Part shown: positions 26,794 through 27,449 of the stretch, piece by piece
Layout: every line of letters begins with the position of its first letter
How positions within the stretch are numbered: position 1 is the first letter of the stretch
Source of the DNA: Thermodesulfobacteriota bacterium
GTDB lineage: Bacteria; Desulfobacterota; Desulfobulbia; Desulfobulbales; SURF-16
Assembly: GCA_039715015.1 (NCBI GenBank)
Contig: JBDLIE010000034.1
Span: 1-27,449, forward strand
Length of the DNA stretch: 27,449 bases
Direction of reading: 5' to 3'
Program-made: the position numbers and the translations under genes
Notes under the pieces: generated by a model
The model's input: only the letters and a program-made list of their open reading frames with translations
Databases searched by the model: none
What the model was told of the DNA's origin: nothing

Positions 26794-27449
26794 ATGAACA
26801 GATTTATGAAGCTGTCCCTGACAGCAGCGGCAGTAACAGCGATGTCTGCCGCACCACCAGTTTTCGCCGGAGACGGCAATGTAGACATTAGCCTGACCCC
26901 CGTACCGGCTGCTCTGGGTAATGCCGTTAAAATTACGGCTGTGGGCTCTAGTTTTAATGATGCCCTGGTCCGTGGCGAGGTTGATGTTAGAAATGCCGCT
27001 GACGACAAGGTTCTTGATGATGCGGTTATGACTCAAGTCAATGACAGCACCTTCACCTACTCCTACACCGTTCCCGCCAATGAAGATGCAGGGCGCTGGG
27101 AGGTCAAGGTTAAACTGTTCACCGATCATGATGGCGAGGATGAAAAGGTCCGTATGACTGTTGAAGAGGGCGGTGGCACAACACCTCCTCCCCCTGCCTG
27201 CGCCGATAACGACAACGACGGCTTCACCGATGCCGCCTGCGGTGGCACCGACTGTAACGATAATAATGCCGCCATCAACCCCGGCGCCTCAGAGACCTGT
27301 GGCGATGGTGTTGACCAGGATTGTTCCGGCGTGGACCTGAGCTGTCCTCCCCCAGTCTGTCCTGACAGCGACAATGATGGCTACACCGATGCCGCCTGTG
27401 GTGGCACCGACTGTAACGATAATAATGCCGCCATCAACCCCGGCGCCTC
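26794..27449 (+). CDS. Secreted protein with an Ig-like N-terminal domain and Cys/Asp-rich 'MopE-related putative metal-binding' repeats, 3'-truncated by the window
   Basis: Open frame from ATG 26794 (SD GGAG) to the window end. Signal peptide MNRFMKLSLTAAAVTAMSAAPPVFA, a beta-rich domain, a TTPPPPA linker, then CADNDNDGFTDAACGGTDCNDNNAAINPGASETCGDGVDQDC-type repeats. Absent from the ORF track because it has no stop. Confidence 0.85.
   Translation, partial: MNRFMKLSLTAAAVTAMSAAPPVFAGDGNVDISLTPVPAALGNAVKITAVGSSFNDALVRGEVDVRNAADDKVLDDAVMTQVNDSTFTYSYTVPANEDAGRWEVKVKLFTDHDGEDEKVRMTVEEGGGTTPPPPACADNDNDGFTDAACGGTDCNDNNAAINPGASETCGDGVDQDCSGVDLSCPPPVCPDSDNDGYTDAACGGTDCNDNNAAINPGA
27226..27449 (+). 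repeat. Intragenic 159-bp-period (53 aa) tandem repeat
   Basis: 27226-27290 and 27385-27449 are 64/65 identical. Confidence 0.9.

Overview
A 27.4-kb chromosomal window, probably from a Desulfobacterota bacterium (Desulfobulbales-like; inferred from gene content only). Housekeeping genes include hisD-rsmG-cbiP-cbiB, mltA-pilT-zinc-ribbon, acs and bioH-bioC-bioD. They are interleaved with three modules that point to sulfur and redox metabolism. (1) A pentaheme cytochrome c split by the ORF caller at an in-frame TGA that is followed by a SECIS-like hairpin, so it is likely one 406-aa ExtKL-type selenoprotein. (2) An ArsR regulator with the BigR/SqrR persulfide-sensing Cys pair, heading an MMPL/RND, LolA-like, beta-barrel and DUF2892 gene run. 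(3) A heme-c sensor kinase with a sigma54 response regulator, followed by two sigma54 promoters with matching upstream palindromes. One promoter precedes a 12-heme OTR-like cytochrome. The other precedes a possible small RNA or leader and then a secreted Cys/Asp-repeat protein that runs off the window end and is missing from the ORF track. A frameshifted four-helix-bundle gene with heptamer repeats and several MITE/REP-like intergenic elements are also present. No rRNA, tRNA, CRISPR array or transposase was seen. All family assignments come from motif recognition, not database searches.
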